Shown one piece after another: positions 39,573-64,000 of a stretch of DNA of 64,000 nucleotides. How positions within the stretch are numbered: the first letter of the stretch is position 1; each line of letters begins with the position of its first letter. Source of the DNA: Paraspadella gotoi (lineage: Eukaryota > Animalia > Chaetognatha); NCBI GenBank assembly GCA_051294375.1, contig CM119265.1:29426852-29490851 (forward strand), read 5' to 3'. The translations under genes were made by a program, and so were the position numbers. The notes below the pieces were generated by a model. It saw only the letters and a list, made by a program, of their open reading frames with translations, had not been told where the DNA came from and did no database searches.

Positions 39573-40830
39573 TTGGCGAGAATTGTAATAGATTTTGTCT
39601 CGATATTTATACAATATTGTACGATACTTGAAATACGCGAATTTCAATGAAAAAATATGTCGATGCTGTATATTTTAAGTTATTTTTTTTATTTTAAATT
39701 AAAAGTTAATCAATCAGAAAAAAATTGATAAGAATTTTAGTTAGTTCAACTCTAAAGTCTGAACATATATGGTTATCATTTAATTTGTATTATCTGCTAC
39801 CATTTTAACATTTAAATGCTATACATGCGTAGTTAGGATTTCTGCTTTACGTATTGTAACGTATTCAGCAGTTAATATCAGATATATCAGCAACCTGTAG
39901 ATTGAAAAATAAAAAAGAAGTGATAAAATAAAAAAAGCGAAAAAATGATAAAAAAGGATAAAAAAGTGATAAAATGATAAAGAAGTGATAAAATGATAAA
40001 AAAATAATAAAGAAGTGATAAAATGATAAAAATGATAAAGAAGTGATAAAATGAAAAAAAAATATAACTTACGGCGTGAATTCGTTTCAAGTTGAATGAA
40101 GAAGGTTGACGATTGATCAAAGGCGCTGACATTTTATGTGTTATTAAAATTAACATATGTAGTTTATTACCATAAGATTAATCTATTTTCCTTTAATCTT
40201 GTTGCTTGAGACTTTTTAAATTTGATTATTACGATATATATATTTTTTGGTTCCATTTAAATATAAATGAAGTTTTACTGCTTAAATTACTTTATGTCTT
40301 AAATTACTTCATAGTCGTGAATCGAGTAAAAGTGATTTTTTGTTATCATTTTATCATATATTTTCATGATAGCGCATGCGTATTGTGTCAAATCTAAATA
40401 ATTTTCTTTTTAATTTCAAATAGTTTTTTTTTCAAGTTTTTTGTTGTTTTTTTTTTTGGTATTAAAACTTAAACGCATAAATGAAAAGCGTTAGAAACCT
40501 GAAATTTAAAATATAAAAATTTAAGTTAAAAATTATTTTCTTTTTTTAATTTTGTTATTCAAAGAATTTTTGAAGGAGAAAATTTGTCTGTCATGAACAC
40601 GACGACGACGACGACGACGACGACGACGTCATGCAAGTCAAAATCCGGGAACCAAAGATACAAAAATTCTTGCAGAGAGAGAGAGAGAGNNNNNNNNNNA
40701 GAGAGAGAGACGCCAAAAAAGGAAAGAGTCTACATTTCCTCCCAGTTGATGACGTCACGAAAAAGGAAAAAGAAAAGAAAAGGAAATATTTTTTGATTTT
40801 TTGGTAGAAGAGAAAGACAATGTCCGCACG

Positions 40831-40884
<54 letters not shown>

Positions 40885-41829
40885 TTCCTCTGCTATATGA
40901 AAAATGATGACGAAAGAAAAGCATGAAAAGCCCAGTGAAAAAAAGAAAAAAAAAGAAAAAAAAAGAAGAAAAAAGAAGAAAAAAACAAGAAAAAACAAGA
41001 AAAAACAAGAAAAAACACGTGTTTCTTTAGCGCGTGATGGGATTTTTTTTCATGGGAAAACATTATCATGAAAATTGCACAAAAAAGTTTGAGCAAACAA
41101 AGCCGGATCTGTCCACCATAACTAATTAAGAGGTAAGATTCTATTTAAATGATAAGTTATGATTAATCCTATAATTCGTTTTTTATAATTTGTACAATTT
41201 ATTTTATATATTTATAATATTTTTTTAAACCTTTATAGCCTCCTCAAAATAATTTAAAAAAGGGCAAAATTCAGCATTTTTTTTTCATTTAAACTGATTT
41301 TCACTAAGACGATTCCATCGAAAATTAATTTCCCGTTTACTGACACACTTTTTACACTCAAACACAACTTTTCAAGTAAATCGTGTCATCCACTAATGAG
41401 TAATTGGCGATTAAAACTAAGGGCGGTTTGCGAACGGACAGACAGACAGACAGACAGACTTTCAGACATTGTTTTTTTTTTTTTTGCATATTTTATTATA
41501 TTTTGATATTCTCAAGACAAGACTTTGGGGAGGGACCGACAGACCGACAGACCGACTAAGTCGATTATAGAAACTGAATCTGCTCAAACGGATCCGGGAG
41601 GGAGGAAGGGAGGAAAGGAGAGAGGGAAGGAAGGGAGGGAGGAAGAGAAGGAGGGAGGAAGGAAGGAAGGGAGAAAAGGAGAGAGGGAAGGAAGGGAGGG
41701 AGGAAGAGAAGGAGGGAAGAAGGAAGGAAGGGAGGAAGCCAGGATGGGAGGGAGGAAGGGAGGGAGGAAGAGGTAGGAGAGGAGAAATATGAAGGGGGAG
41801 AGGGAAAAGGAGAGGAGGATTTTGGAGGA

Positions 41830-43510
41830 GGAAGGGAGAATAAAGAGAAGAAAAAGAAAAGAAAATAAAGAAAATAAAGGAAAAGGAGAGGGAGATATTA
41901 GAAAAGGGAAGGAGAAGAAAGAGAAAAAAAAGAAAAGAAAATAAAAGAAAATAAAGGAAAAGGAGAGGAGATATTAGAAAAGGGAAGGGAGAGAAAAGAG
42001 AGAAAAAAAAAGAAAATAAAAGAAAATAAAGGAAAAGGAGAGGGAGATATTAGAAAGGGAAGGGAGAAAGAGAAGAAAAAAAAAAAGAAAATAAAAGAAA
42101 ATAAAGGAAAGGAGAGGGAGATATTAGAAAAGGGAAGGGAGAATAAAGAGAAGAAAAAAGAAAAGAAAATAAAAGAAAATAAAGGAAAAGGAGAGGGAGA
42201 TATTAGAAAAGGGAAGGGAGAAGAAAGAGAAAAAAAAGAAAAGAAAATAAAAGAAAATAAAGGAAAAGGAGAGGGAGATATTAGAAAAAGGGAAGGGAAT
42301 AAAGAGAAGAAAAAAGAAAAGAAAATAAAAGAAAATAAAGGAAAAGGAGAGGGAGATATTAGAAAAGGGAAGGAAGAAGAAAGAGAAGAAAAAAGAAAAG
42401 AAAATAAAAAGAAAATAAAGGAAAAGGAGAGGGAGATATTAGAAAAGGGAAGGAGAGAAGAAAGAGAAGAAAAAAGAAAAGAAAATAAAAGAAAATAAAG
42501 GAAAAGGAGAGGGAGATATTAGAAAAGGGAAGGAAGAAGAAAGAGAAGAAAAAGAAAAGAAAATAAAAGAAAATAAGGAAAAGGAGAGGGAGATAGAAAA
42601 GGGAAGGGAAAGAAAAGAGAAGAAAAAAGAAAAGAAAATAAAAAGAAAATAAAGGAAAAGGGAGAGGAGATATTAGAAAAGGGAGAATAAAGAGAAGAAA
42701 AAAAAAAGAAAATAAAAGAAAATAAAGGAAAAGGAGAGGGAGATATTAGAAAAGGGAAGGGAGAAGAAAGAGAAGAAAAAAGAAAAGAAAATAAAAGAAA
42801 ATAAAGGAAAAGGAGAGGGAGATATTAGAAAAGGGAAGGGAGAAGAAAGAGAAGAAAAAAGAAAAGAAAATAAAAGAAAATAAAGGAAAAGGAGAGGGAG
42901 ATATTAAAAAAGGGAAGGGAATAAAGAGAAGAAAAAAGAAAAGAAAATAAAAAGAAAATAAAGGAAAGGAGAGGGAGATATTAGAAAAGGGAGGAAGAGA
43001 AAGAGAAGAAAAAAAAGAAAATAAAAAGAAAATAAAGGAAAAGGAGGGGAGATATTAGAAAAGGGAAGGAGAAGAAAGAGAAGAAAAAAAAAGAAAATAA
43101 AAGAAAATAAGGAAAAGGAGAGGGAGATATTAGAAAAGGGAAGGAGAGAAAAAGAGAAGAAAAAAAAAGAAAATAAAAGAAAATAAGGAAAAGGAGAGGG
43201 AGAATATGAAAAGGGAAGGGAGAAGAAAAGAGAAAAAAAAGAAAAGAAAATAAAAGAAAATAAAGGAAAAGGGAGGGAGATATTAGAAAAGGGAAGGGAG
43301 AAGAAAAGAAGAAAAAAGAAAAGAAAATAAAAGAAAATAAAGGAAAAGGAGAGGAGATATTAGAAAAGGGAAGGAAAGAAGAAAGAGAAGAAAAAGAAAA
43401 GAAAATAAAAGGAAAAGTAAAGAGAAAAGGAGGAGGAGATATTAGAAAAGGGAAGGGGAGAAGAAAGAGAAGAAAAAAGAAAAGAAAATAAAGAAAATAA
43501 AGGAAAGGAG
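41830..43510. repeat. Polypurine minisatellite, ~75-80-bp unit, about 20 or more copies
   Basis: Unit ggagagggagatattagaaaagggaagggagaagaaagagaagaaaaaagaaaagaaaataaaagaaaataaaggaaaa; essentially no C on the plus strand. Confidence 0.95.
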
Positions 43511-43566
43511 ACTCCGTCGCAAATTGCACCGACGGAAAAGAGAAAAGTTAATTGCAAAGAAACACG

Positions 43567-43626
<60 letters not shown>

Positions 43627-43815
43627 GAGAGAGAGAGAGAACAAGAATAGGGTTTAAAGATGAACTGGGTTCAGGGTGAACAAACAGGATCAAAAAAATT
43701 GCATCAATTCAAATGAATCAAAAATGAATCACGAACGAACTTAAGTAAACATCACAATATCACGAATGAAAGTTGATAATCACGAAATGAGTGATGATAT
43801 TCATAACAAATTCTA

Positions 43816-56039
<12,224 letters not shown>

Positions 56040-56503
56040 CTATTGGGTAAATGGTGATTAAATTTTAACCAGATTTCTTTAAAACAGTTAAAGCTTAGGA
56101 ATTAGCAGTATTCGACGTAAAACACGTAAACAAAAAGAAATCAAATCTGAATCCAATATTACTATGTATTATTGATTAAAAAAAAGCGTTTTCAAAAAAT
56201 TTTGTTGAATATCCTTGAAGGCAGAAACGAGGCAGAAACGTTACTCCAAATTGACGTAAATCAGTTGGCGTAATCAAATATTTTAAAGTCAAACTTGGAA
56301 TTAACGATTAAGTACACTTCGTTAGGCTTAATATAAGGTTTAAAACCATTGAATGAAAGAAAATCAGTTATTTTTAAAATTTTTGTGCAATACCTATAAA
56401 AGCTTTGAATTTTTTTATTTTAATTTATAATATAAAATAAAGTTTTTAAATATTAAATAAATTTAGGAACAGCAGACACCCTGACACCCTCTCAAACTCT
56501 GAC

Positions 56504-58562
56504 CTGCACCCACGACGCCTCCAATCGATCGTCGACTTCTGGAAAATTCCTTGGAGACAAAAGGACGAAACTGAATGTCAGAGGAGAAGGCAGCCATTGC
56601 TTTGGCGATGGCTGGCCAGAGCCTCTCGTGCCACGTCGGCTATGGAATGCCCCGAAAGGCAGAGCTCATCGAGTTCGTAATGTGACGGGTTGGAGATCGT
56701 GGAAGAATCTTCAAGAACCAAATCTGTCGTTGTAAAGCCAATAATGACATGGTTCATGTCAGACCACATGGTCACAGCCTCCGTTGTGACTCTGCAATGG
56801 ATTCGCTTTCCGAATTTCGTTCCTCAATCAAAATTGAATTCGATTCCAGACTAAATCTCACTGGTTGTGAATTTTGAAGTGAATTGAAGCGATTGTTCGT
56901 CGTCGCGTCGTCGTCGTCGTCGTTGTTTTCTTTTGTCTTTGAAGAGGATGATGATGATGATATGATGATGGATGATTGATGATGATGATGATGATTATGA
57001 GCAAAAGGTTTAACCAAATTCGGCTTAAGTTTGTTGAGGAGAAATGTTCTTTTTCATCAAGCTGTTCTTCGATTTGTTCATCAAGCTGTTCATCAAGCTG
57101 TTTATCGAGTTGTTCATCAAGCTGGTCATAACAGCTGTTCATCATGTTGTTCATTAAGCTGTTCATCAAGCTGTTCATCAAGCTGTTCATCAAGTTGGCA
57201 TCAAGTTGTTCATCAAGCTCTGCTATTTACAACTCGCCGAATCCTGGACCATCCAGTCCCGGCACAAAAGCTTGGTTGTTCATGCAATCGAAATTTGCTT
57301 GGAGGTCTAATGGATATTTTGCATTGTTGGTTTTCGATGGGAAATGTGAACGAGGATTTGAAGTCGTGTTGTGACTTTTGGTCTTTAATTGTGAATTGTG
57401 AGACAAAAAAGAATCTTGCAGATGGTCGAATCCTGTCAGCGATTCTGTGAAGGAAGGAGATTGCGTCGATGTTGAGGTTTGATCCAGAAGTGAATTGATC
57501 AGTGAGACTGGTGAATCGCTTTTCAGTTGTGAGTTATCGGGTGAGAGATTCGCTTCACATGAGGAAGAAGAAGTTTGTCTCTCGTGTGAATTCACATTTA
57601 GCGTCGATGGTGAGTGAGCAGTTAAAGGCGTAGAAGGCGATATATTCCGTGAAGACTTCTCTTGCGGTTGTGGATCGTGTTTTGAGTGGGAATCTTTCAC
57701 AAGTGAAGAATCCATTTTGGAGAAAGAGTTAAACTTGGGTTGAGTCGCGTTAAGTTTATCAGCGAATAGATTTTGGTGAGGAAGATAAATTTCGTTGTCC
57801 TCGTCGTCGTCGTCGTCGTTGTCATCTTTGTCGTCATCATTGTCGTCGTCGTCGTCGTTGTCGTCGGCAGATTTGACAATATCATCTCTAAACGAAATCG
57901 AATTTTGACTTCGATTTACATTTTTGTCAGCAATTTCGTCTGAACTGCAATGTGATCTGCAATGTGAACTTCCATCTGATCTCTCACCCAAAACTCCATG
58001 ACTGACGCTACAGTCGCCGTCAGCAAGTTTGTTTACGATCACGACGCCGCAGCCTCCGCCGCAGCCGCAGCCGCAGCCGTCAAAAGACACGTTTCTTTTG
58101 TCACTTAAAAGTTCGTCCGCTCCTCTTCCTCCTCTTATCTGCTCTCCTCCTTCGTCTCCCTGACACCTTCTTTGTCTCTCTCCCTCTCTGTCATCTCATC
58201 TCGTCCTTTTTCGTTGACTCTATCTCTATCGCTTTTCTCTGCGCGTTCTCGTCCCTTCACCGACTCCCTCTCTATCTCTTTCAGCTTTTTGAAAATTCCG
58301 TGATGTTGAGATTCGATTTCAAAATTCCATTCGTTGATTTTAATTCGAAAAAAGGAAAATGTTTCCCTTAATCGTTGTTGTGTCGTCGTCGTCGGTCGTA
58401 GTCGTCGTTCGTCGTTGTCCTCGTCGTCGTCTTCTTTTTCGTCGTCGTCTTCCTCTTGCGAGATTCAATCCAATTCTTCTTCTCCATCGAAACTAAAAAT
58501 GAGGAAGAAGAATTGTCGTCGTTGTCGTCGTTGTCGTCGTTGTCTTCCTCTTTAGGATTCAT
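56504..58562 (-). pseudogene. Coding-like, frame-disrupted ~2-kb region upstream of the Cav2 exons (putative large first exon)
   Basis: Chain of abutting ORFs in different frames (58368-58562, 57227-58090, 56772-57017, 56578-56775) rich in D/S/N/H, with a 12-bp LDEQ repeat. Donor gcag|gtcaga at 56503. Confidence 0.4.
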
Positions 58563-58671
58563 TAAGACTTTATCGTTCTGGCTGTCGTCGTGCGTCGTCG
58601 TCGTCGTCGTCGTCCGCTACGCAAATGTTTACCTTTTGACTCGCGGGTTTCAACGAAAATTCTAGATATTT

Positions 58672-58735
58672 GGGGCGGGTCACGTGAACAATCACGTGTC
58701 AATAACCGTGAACAGATAAAGGATGACGTCACGTG
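58672..58735. promoter_or_regulatory. Candidate promoter cluster: GC box, three E-boxes and a full CRE
   Basis: ggggcggg at 58672-58679; CACGTG at 58681, 58693 and 58730; TGACGTCA at 58724-58731. About 110 bp upstream of the minus-strand ATG at 58562. Confidence 0.4.
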
Positions 58736-58938
58736 GATTAAAAAGTTGATTCTCGATAAATGAAATCGTGCCATCGGATTACCATTTTCTTTCCATCATG
58801 TCATAGTGGCAGACTGTCATCGTTTTCATAGCAAGTGATAAAAAAAAAAATATCTTGTCTCTTTTATATTAATTCCAATTTTTTAATTATTTTTTTTAAT
58901 TTGACTTTGAAATCGATTCGCTCTACTAGGAAATTCAA

Positions 58939-59042
58939 TTGTCATGCGATGAGCCGATGCAAAACCAGATGTCATGCGATGATAAAACCAGGTGGTCATG
59001 CGATGATTAAACCGGTCCCTAGAAATTAATTGTCATGCGAGA
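58939..59042. repeat. Short degenerate repeat of gtcatgcgatga..aaaacc
   Basis: Four occurrences of gtcatgcga within about 100 bp. Confidence 0.7.
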
Positions 59043-59208
59043 CAATGTGGAAAGTGGGTGACGCGAATCTTAAAGAAACCAGCCACGTTGAGTCTCCTGT
59101 AAATCTTAAGCTCCGTGTCACGCTTAGAGTTAGACCGTAACCGTACTCATTTGGCCACGCCACTTAATCCTCCCTTTTGTCAAAGATCCTTTGTCTTTGG
59201 CGAAGACA

Positions 59209-59437
59209 TTTACGGCGAGAAGGATTTCGTTCCTTTTACGGCGAATTCCGTCGTTTGGCGAGAAGGAGTTTCGTCCTTTTACGGCGAATTCGTCGTTGGC
59301 GAGAAGGAAGTTTCGTCCTTTTACGGCGAATTCGTCGTTGGCGAGGTAAGGAGTTTCACGATTTCGGTCTTTTTACGGCGAATTCGTCGTTGGCTGAGAA
59401 GGAGTTTCGTCCTTTTACGGCGAATTCGTCGTTGGCG
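59209..59437. repeat. ~41-bp minisatellite, about 5 copies
   Basis: Unit aggagtttcgtccttttacggcgaattcgtcgttggcgaga. Confidence 0.9.
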
Positions 59438-60162
59438 TCTGAACTAAATTCGGTTCCGGCGACTGAAGTTCGGTTTACTTGTTGTTGTTGTTGTTTTTAA
59501 ATTTAAGGAGCTTAATTTAGACTATAAGTTGGTGTAGTTATTGTAAAATTAAGAGATTGAGATATTAATTCAAAGTAACTAAAAAAATTGAAGTGTTTTG
59601 TATTAGACAGATATAATTAAAAATGGATCAGTATTATTGTTTTTCGCGTTTAGGTTTAGAGAAATGTTTGATTGTATTGGCAACAACAAATTTGTTTTAT
59701 TGAGAAAACGGACATGTTTCGGTTCACTCGTAGAAGAACAAAACCCGGAAGAGTAATTTTTATTGCCAATTAAGAAAACTTTCAAGTTCAAAATAATTTG
59801 TTGAAAAGTTCAGTGATTTAAGAAGTTGTGTTGTTTCTGTGTCGAAATATCTATCGATTTTTTCATTGATTAGTAAATATTGGTTTTTATTGTAAAAATA
59901 TATTTATTATGCTGTAGTTTTTTAACCTTATACTTATGAATGAAAGAATATAATTTCTTGAGATTTAAAACAAGAAATAAGTAAAAATACGTCATTCTCA
60001 GTAATAAGTTTGATTTCTCGCAAATTCTATTTCACTTTATCAACATTTTTTTTATTTTACTTTTCATTGTTCAGTCGGTTATTTTTTTTCGCGGAAGATA
60101 AAAGTGGATAAAATGGATTCTGTGTCATTTATATTCGACGAGAGACAGAGAGAGAGAGATAA

Positions 60163-60193
<31 letters not shown>

Positions 60194-60279
60194 ATATTTC
60201 GAAACGGTGTCGTCGTCGTAGTCGTCGTTGTCGTCGTCGTCGACTATTTGATTTTCACGGGACGGAATTCAAGCCGGAG

Positions 60280-62985
60280 TTAGTGCAAGGCAGAGCGAGA
60301 GAATATAGAGCAGAGCAGGATTGATAAGGGCAAAGCGAGGGAATTAAGGGGGAGGAAAAGCAGAAATAGAATAAAGCAGAGGCGGGGGAATTAAGTGGGG
60401 AGAGCAGGATTAGATAAGCATGAGCGGAGGGAATTTTAGGGAGACGGCAGGAATGTCTATGAATTAAAAGGTCAGGACGCGAGCAGAGAATATTTAGGGC
60501 AGAGCCTCTAAGCGAAGTCGATAACAGTATGCAGACGCCGAGGGAACTTAGGGGCAGAGCGGGGAGAATTAACGGGAGGAGCAGGATAGATAAAAGGCAC
60601 GAGCGGGAGAGAATTTACGGGGAGGAGCAGGATAGATAAGGCAACAGAGAGATTTTAGGCAGAGCAGGATAGATAAGGACAGAGCGAGGAATTAGGGCAG
60701 AGCGGGTAAATTAGGGGAGAGGCAGTATGACTAAAGGCAGAGCGGAGAGAATTTAGGTCGAGAGCAGGATAGATAAAGGCAGAGCGGAGGGAATTTACGG
60801 GAGAGCGGATAGATACATGCCAGAAGCGGATGGGAGGAATTTTTAGGGCAGAGCGGACTAATAAAGGCAGAGATGGAGGGAATTTAGGCAGTAGAGAGCG
60901 GAATTAGGGGGGAGAGCAGGATAAATAAAGGCAGCAGCGGAGGGAATTTAGGGGAGAGCAGATAGATTAAAAGGCCAGAGAGAGGAATTTAGGGCAGAGC
61001 AGGACTAGACTAAGGGCCAGAGCGGAGGGAATTTAGGGCCAGAAGCGAGGGGAAAATTTAGGAGAGCCAGGATAGACTAAGGCAGAGCGGAGGAGAATTC
61101 ATAGGGGAGAGAGAGCAGGATAAGATAAAGGCAGAACGAGAAGAATTTTAGGGCCAGTAAGCAGGATAGATAAGGGCAGTAGCGTAGCGGCGAATTTATA
61201 GGGCAGATACACGGGGGGGAATTTAGTCGGGGCCGCGAGGAGAGCCCCAGGATTAGATACAAAGGGGCATGATAGTGTTGAAGAGAATTAGGGCATATAG
61301 AAACAGGGAATAGATAAGGGGCACAGCTACAGTGCGGGGGTGAACTGATGAATTTTCAGGTCACAGCAGGTAGAGAATAAGGGATGACGCTGGAGGGAAA
61401 TTTATCAGAGGCAGGCTAGATAAGTGCTCAAGCTCCCGGCGGGGGAGCGGGAATGTCATAGGCAGTAAAGGCAAGGGCTATGATCAAGGCAGCTAAGCAG
61501 CGGGAATTAAGGCCAGGAAGCAGGATAGATATGGGCAGACCAAATGACCGGGAAAGTGAATTTAGCAGAGGCTGGCTAGTCAGCGATAAGCGGCAGAGTG
61601 GAGGCGGTGAGTGCGTGGGGTCCATTTAAGGCTGCTCTCCAAAACAGTTTTAGATAAAGGCAGGAGTGGATGGGCAATTATGGGGCCCAGAAGATAGCGG
61701 GAAACACTAGGGCGAGAGCAGGATAAAAGGCATAGGATGCGGAGGGAATAGGGAAGCGGATACAGGAAGGATAAGGCAGAGCGGAGCAGGGGAATTTAGC
61801 TGTGGGAGAGCACAGGATCTAGACAAAGGCAGGAGAGCAGGAATTATTAGGTACAGCCAGCGGGGTAATTTTAGGGAGGGGAGCAGATAGGATAGATTTA
61901 AAGGCAGAAGCCGGAGGGGAATTTAGGGAGCGAGAGCAGGATAGATAAAGGCAGAGCGGAGGAGAATTTAGGCGGTAGGCAGAGATTGGCAGAGCAGGAT
62001 AGATAAGGCAGAGCGGGATTGGGCGCAGAGCAATTTATGGGGGCCAGAAGAACGGCACAGCGGAAGAATTGGAGCAGGATAGATAAGAAGAGAAATTTAG
62101 GGCGAGCAGGGATAGATAAGGCGAGCGAGGAATAGGGAAGCGGCAAATTTTAGGCGAGAGCAGGATTAGATAAGGCAAGAGTGAGACGAATTTAGGGCCA
62201 GAGTCAGGATAGATTAAAGGGCAGGAGCGGAGGGTAAAATTTAGGGTAGCAGATAGATAAAGGCAGAGCTGGGCGGAAACTTTAGGGTAGGAGCAGGATA
62301 AGATAAGGCAGAGAAGGATTTGGGTAGCAGTATACACTAAGGGCAAGTATAAGGGTTAGAACAGGATAGAATAAGGGCCACAGTGGGACGGATTTTGGTT
62401 CACCGCAAGGTTTAGGATAAGGGGCCAGAGCTGGTCGGGAATATTTTTTATCAGTAGCCACGGCCTAGGAATAAGGGCCAGCGCCGGGGGGATATTTAGG
62501 CGCAGAGCGGCTAGGATAAGGCCAGAGCAAGGGAGATATTTAAGGGCAGAGCAGGCATAGATATGGCAGATCGAAGTGAATTTAGGCAGAGCTGGCTAGA
62601 TAAGGGTCAGAAGTGGGGAGGGTTATTTAAGGTCCCGAACCAGGTTAGGATAAGGCGCATAGTGGAAGGGAATTTAGGCAGAGCTGGCTAGTACTAAAGG
62701 GCAGTCATGGCGGGATTTAGGTCGAGCAGGTGTAGATAGAGGATTACAAAACCCTGGCAAAGCAGCTGGCTCGGAGAGGAAATATTCCAGGCCCATAGCC
62801 CCAGGATAGATAAAGGCAGAAGATACTAGCAGACGTCTGGGAGGAATTTATGGGCGAGAGCAGGGATATGGAATTAAAGGCAGAACAGCTGGAGGGGGAT
62901 AAAGGGCAGATCAGGATAGTAAAGGCAGAGCGGACATTAGGGAATTAGGGCAGAGCCAGGATCAGGATAGATAGGCCAGACATGC
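60280..62985. repeat. Satellite with ~43-bp unit, very noisy
   Basis: Consensus approximately gggcagagcaggatagataaaggcagagcggagggaattta. Heavy indel noise consistent with unpolished long-read sequence. Confidence 0.9.
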
Positions 62986-63619
62986 AGACGCGCCGCCGGG
63001 GACCGGCGGAATGTCCTAGGGGTTGGGCGTATGTTTTGACCAATGTCTGGGCAAAAATAAGCATAAAAAAGGTAAGAAAATTCCTAAAATTGCAACTTTA
63101 TTTCATTATAAAAGTGAGGAATGAACAACAATTGGATAAATATTTATCAACATATATAAAAAAAATGTAATTAAATTTGCAATTTTCACTTCCTCGCCCA
63201 GTACGCTATGATTACTGCTTATAAATTAGTATTAACCGCTATAAATTTTAAAATGTTCAAAATTGCTTTTTGTTAGATTTTTCTTTGCCACATTTAAAAT
63301 CGTCATGAAAAGTTCGATTTAAAAAAAAAAATATTATAGGTCCGGTCTGGGATCTGGCCAAAGTCCTGTCTGGGTCTTAGCAAAACAACACAGTTTAATT
63401 CAGAAGCCGTGATTCGGGTTTCTACCAGGGCTAGAGGAGTCAGAGAGATGAGAGAGAGAGAGGAACAAACATAGAAACAGAGGATAGCGAGTTTTCCAAT
63501 TTCCATTCGATTGAATCCCAGAGCATACCAAAATGTTTATCGATGTCGCTAGGACGAAGCCAAACCTGAGGGGAAGACGAGAGGGTTTTGATGCAGCCCG
63601 CCGGGACACTCCACGTAGG

Positions 63620-64000
63620 CGCCGGTGGGCATCCAGAGTGTGTGTTTGAGGTGTGGCATCAGAATGGTGGTTTGTGACGGTGGCATCAGAAAATGCGTGG
63701 TTTAGTACGACGGCATCTCAGAATGGTGGTTGTTGAGGGTATTGCTCGGCATCAGAGATGTGTGGTTTGAGTTCTCGGAGGGCGGTCTGAGTCTAGGACA
63801 TCAGAGATGGTGTCCGTGGGTATGCATGGCATCAGAAATTGGGTCGGATAAGGTCCGGCATTCAGAAATGGGGTGGAACGCGGTTGTGCATCAGAGATAG
63901 TCTGGTTTAGGTTGTTGGCATCAGAGATGGTGGATTATGTGTGGCACAGACAGAGGATGCGAGCGTTATGCTTGAGTAAACAGAGATGGTGGTTGTTGTA
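63620..64000. repeat. Degenerate ~28-30-bp tandem repeat running off the window end
   Basis: Recurring ggcatcagagatggtggttt. Confidence 0.8.

Noticed and set aside
59209-59437. CRISPR-like regular repeat
   Set aside because: The units are contiguous with no unique spacers, there are no cas genes, and the context is eukaryotic. It is a minisatellite.
60280-62985. Apparent hypervariable or diversifying repeat array
   Set aside because: The variation is random indel noise typical of raw long-read sequence and cannot be read as biological diversification.

Overview
Eukaryotic, most likely invertebrate-animal, genomic DNA: AT-rich, intron-rich, heavy in (AG)n microsatellites, with N gaps. Three genes can be modelled by hand. 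(1) A 15-exon Cav2-type voltage-gated calcium channel alpha-1 gene on the minus strand (43816-56039, plus a frame-broken 5' region to about 58.6 kb). It keeps the EEEE filter but has unusual flanking residues and a frameshift in IIS4. (2) A two-exon CD225/dispanin gene (38686-39572, +). (3) A thioredoxin-NDK gene of NME8/NME9 type (30385-35796, -). There is also a transmembrane exon at the window start. The first 27 kb is a mosaic of direct and inverted copies of one segment that differ by indel-type noise, probably an assembly or chimera artefact. Repeats include Penelope-like remnants with degenerate hammerheads, an LTR 3' end, a Tc1/mariner-like MITE, DINE/HINE-like elements and several minisatellites. 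The most notable signal is a dispersed ~285-bp tRNA-headed, SINE-like family carrying a circularly permuted (type-P5) twister ribozyme fold with a compensatory pseudoknot change. Its best-preserved copy lies in sense orientation in the last intron of the channel gene. A second GC-rich, highly structured ~420-bp tandem repeat of unknown class is also present. All calls are from manual reading; no searches or folding programs were run.
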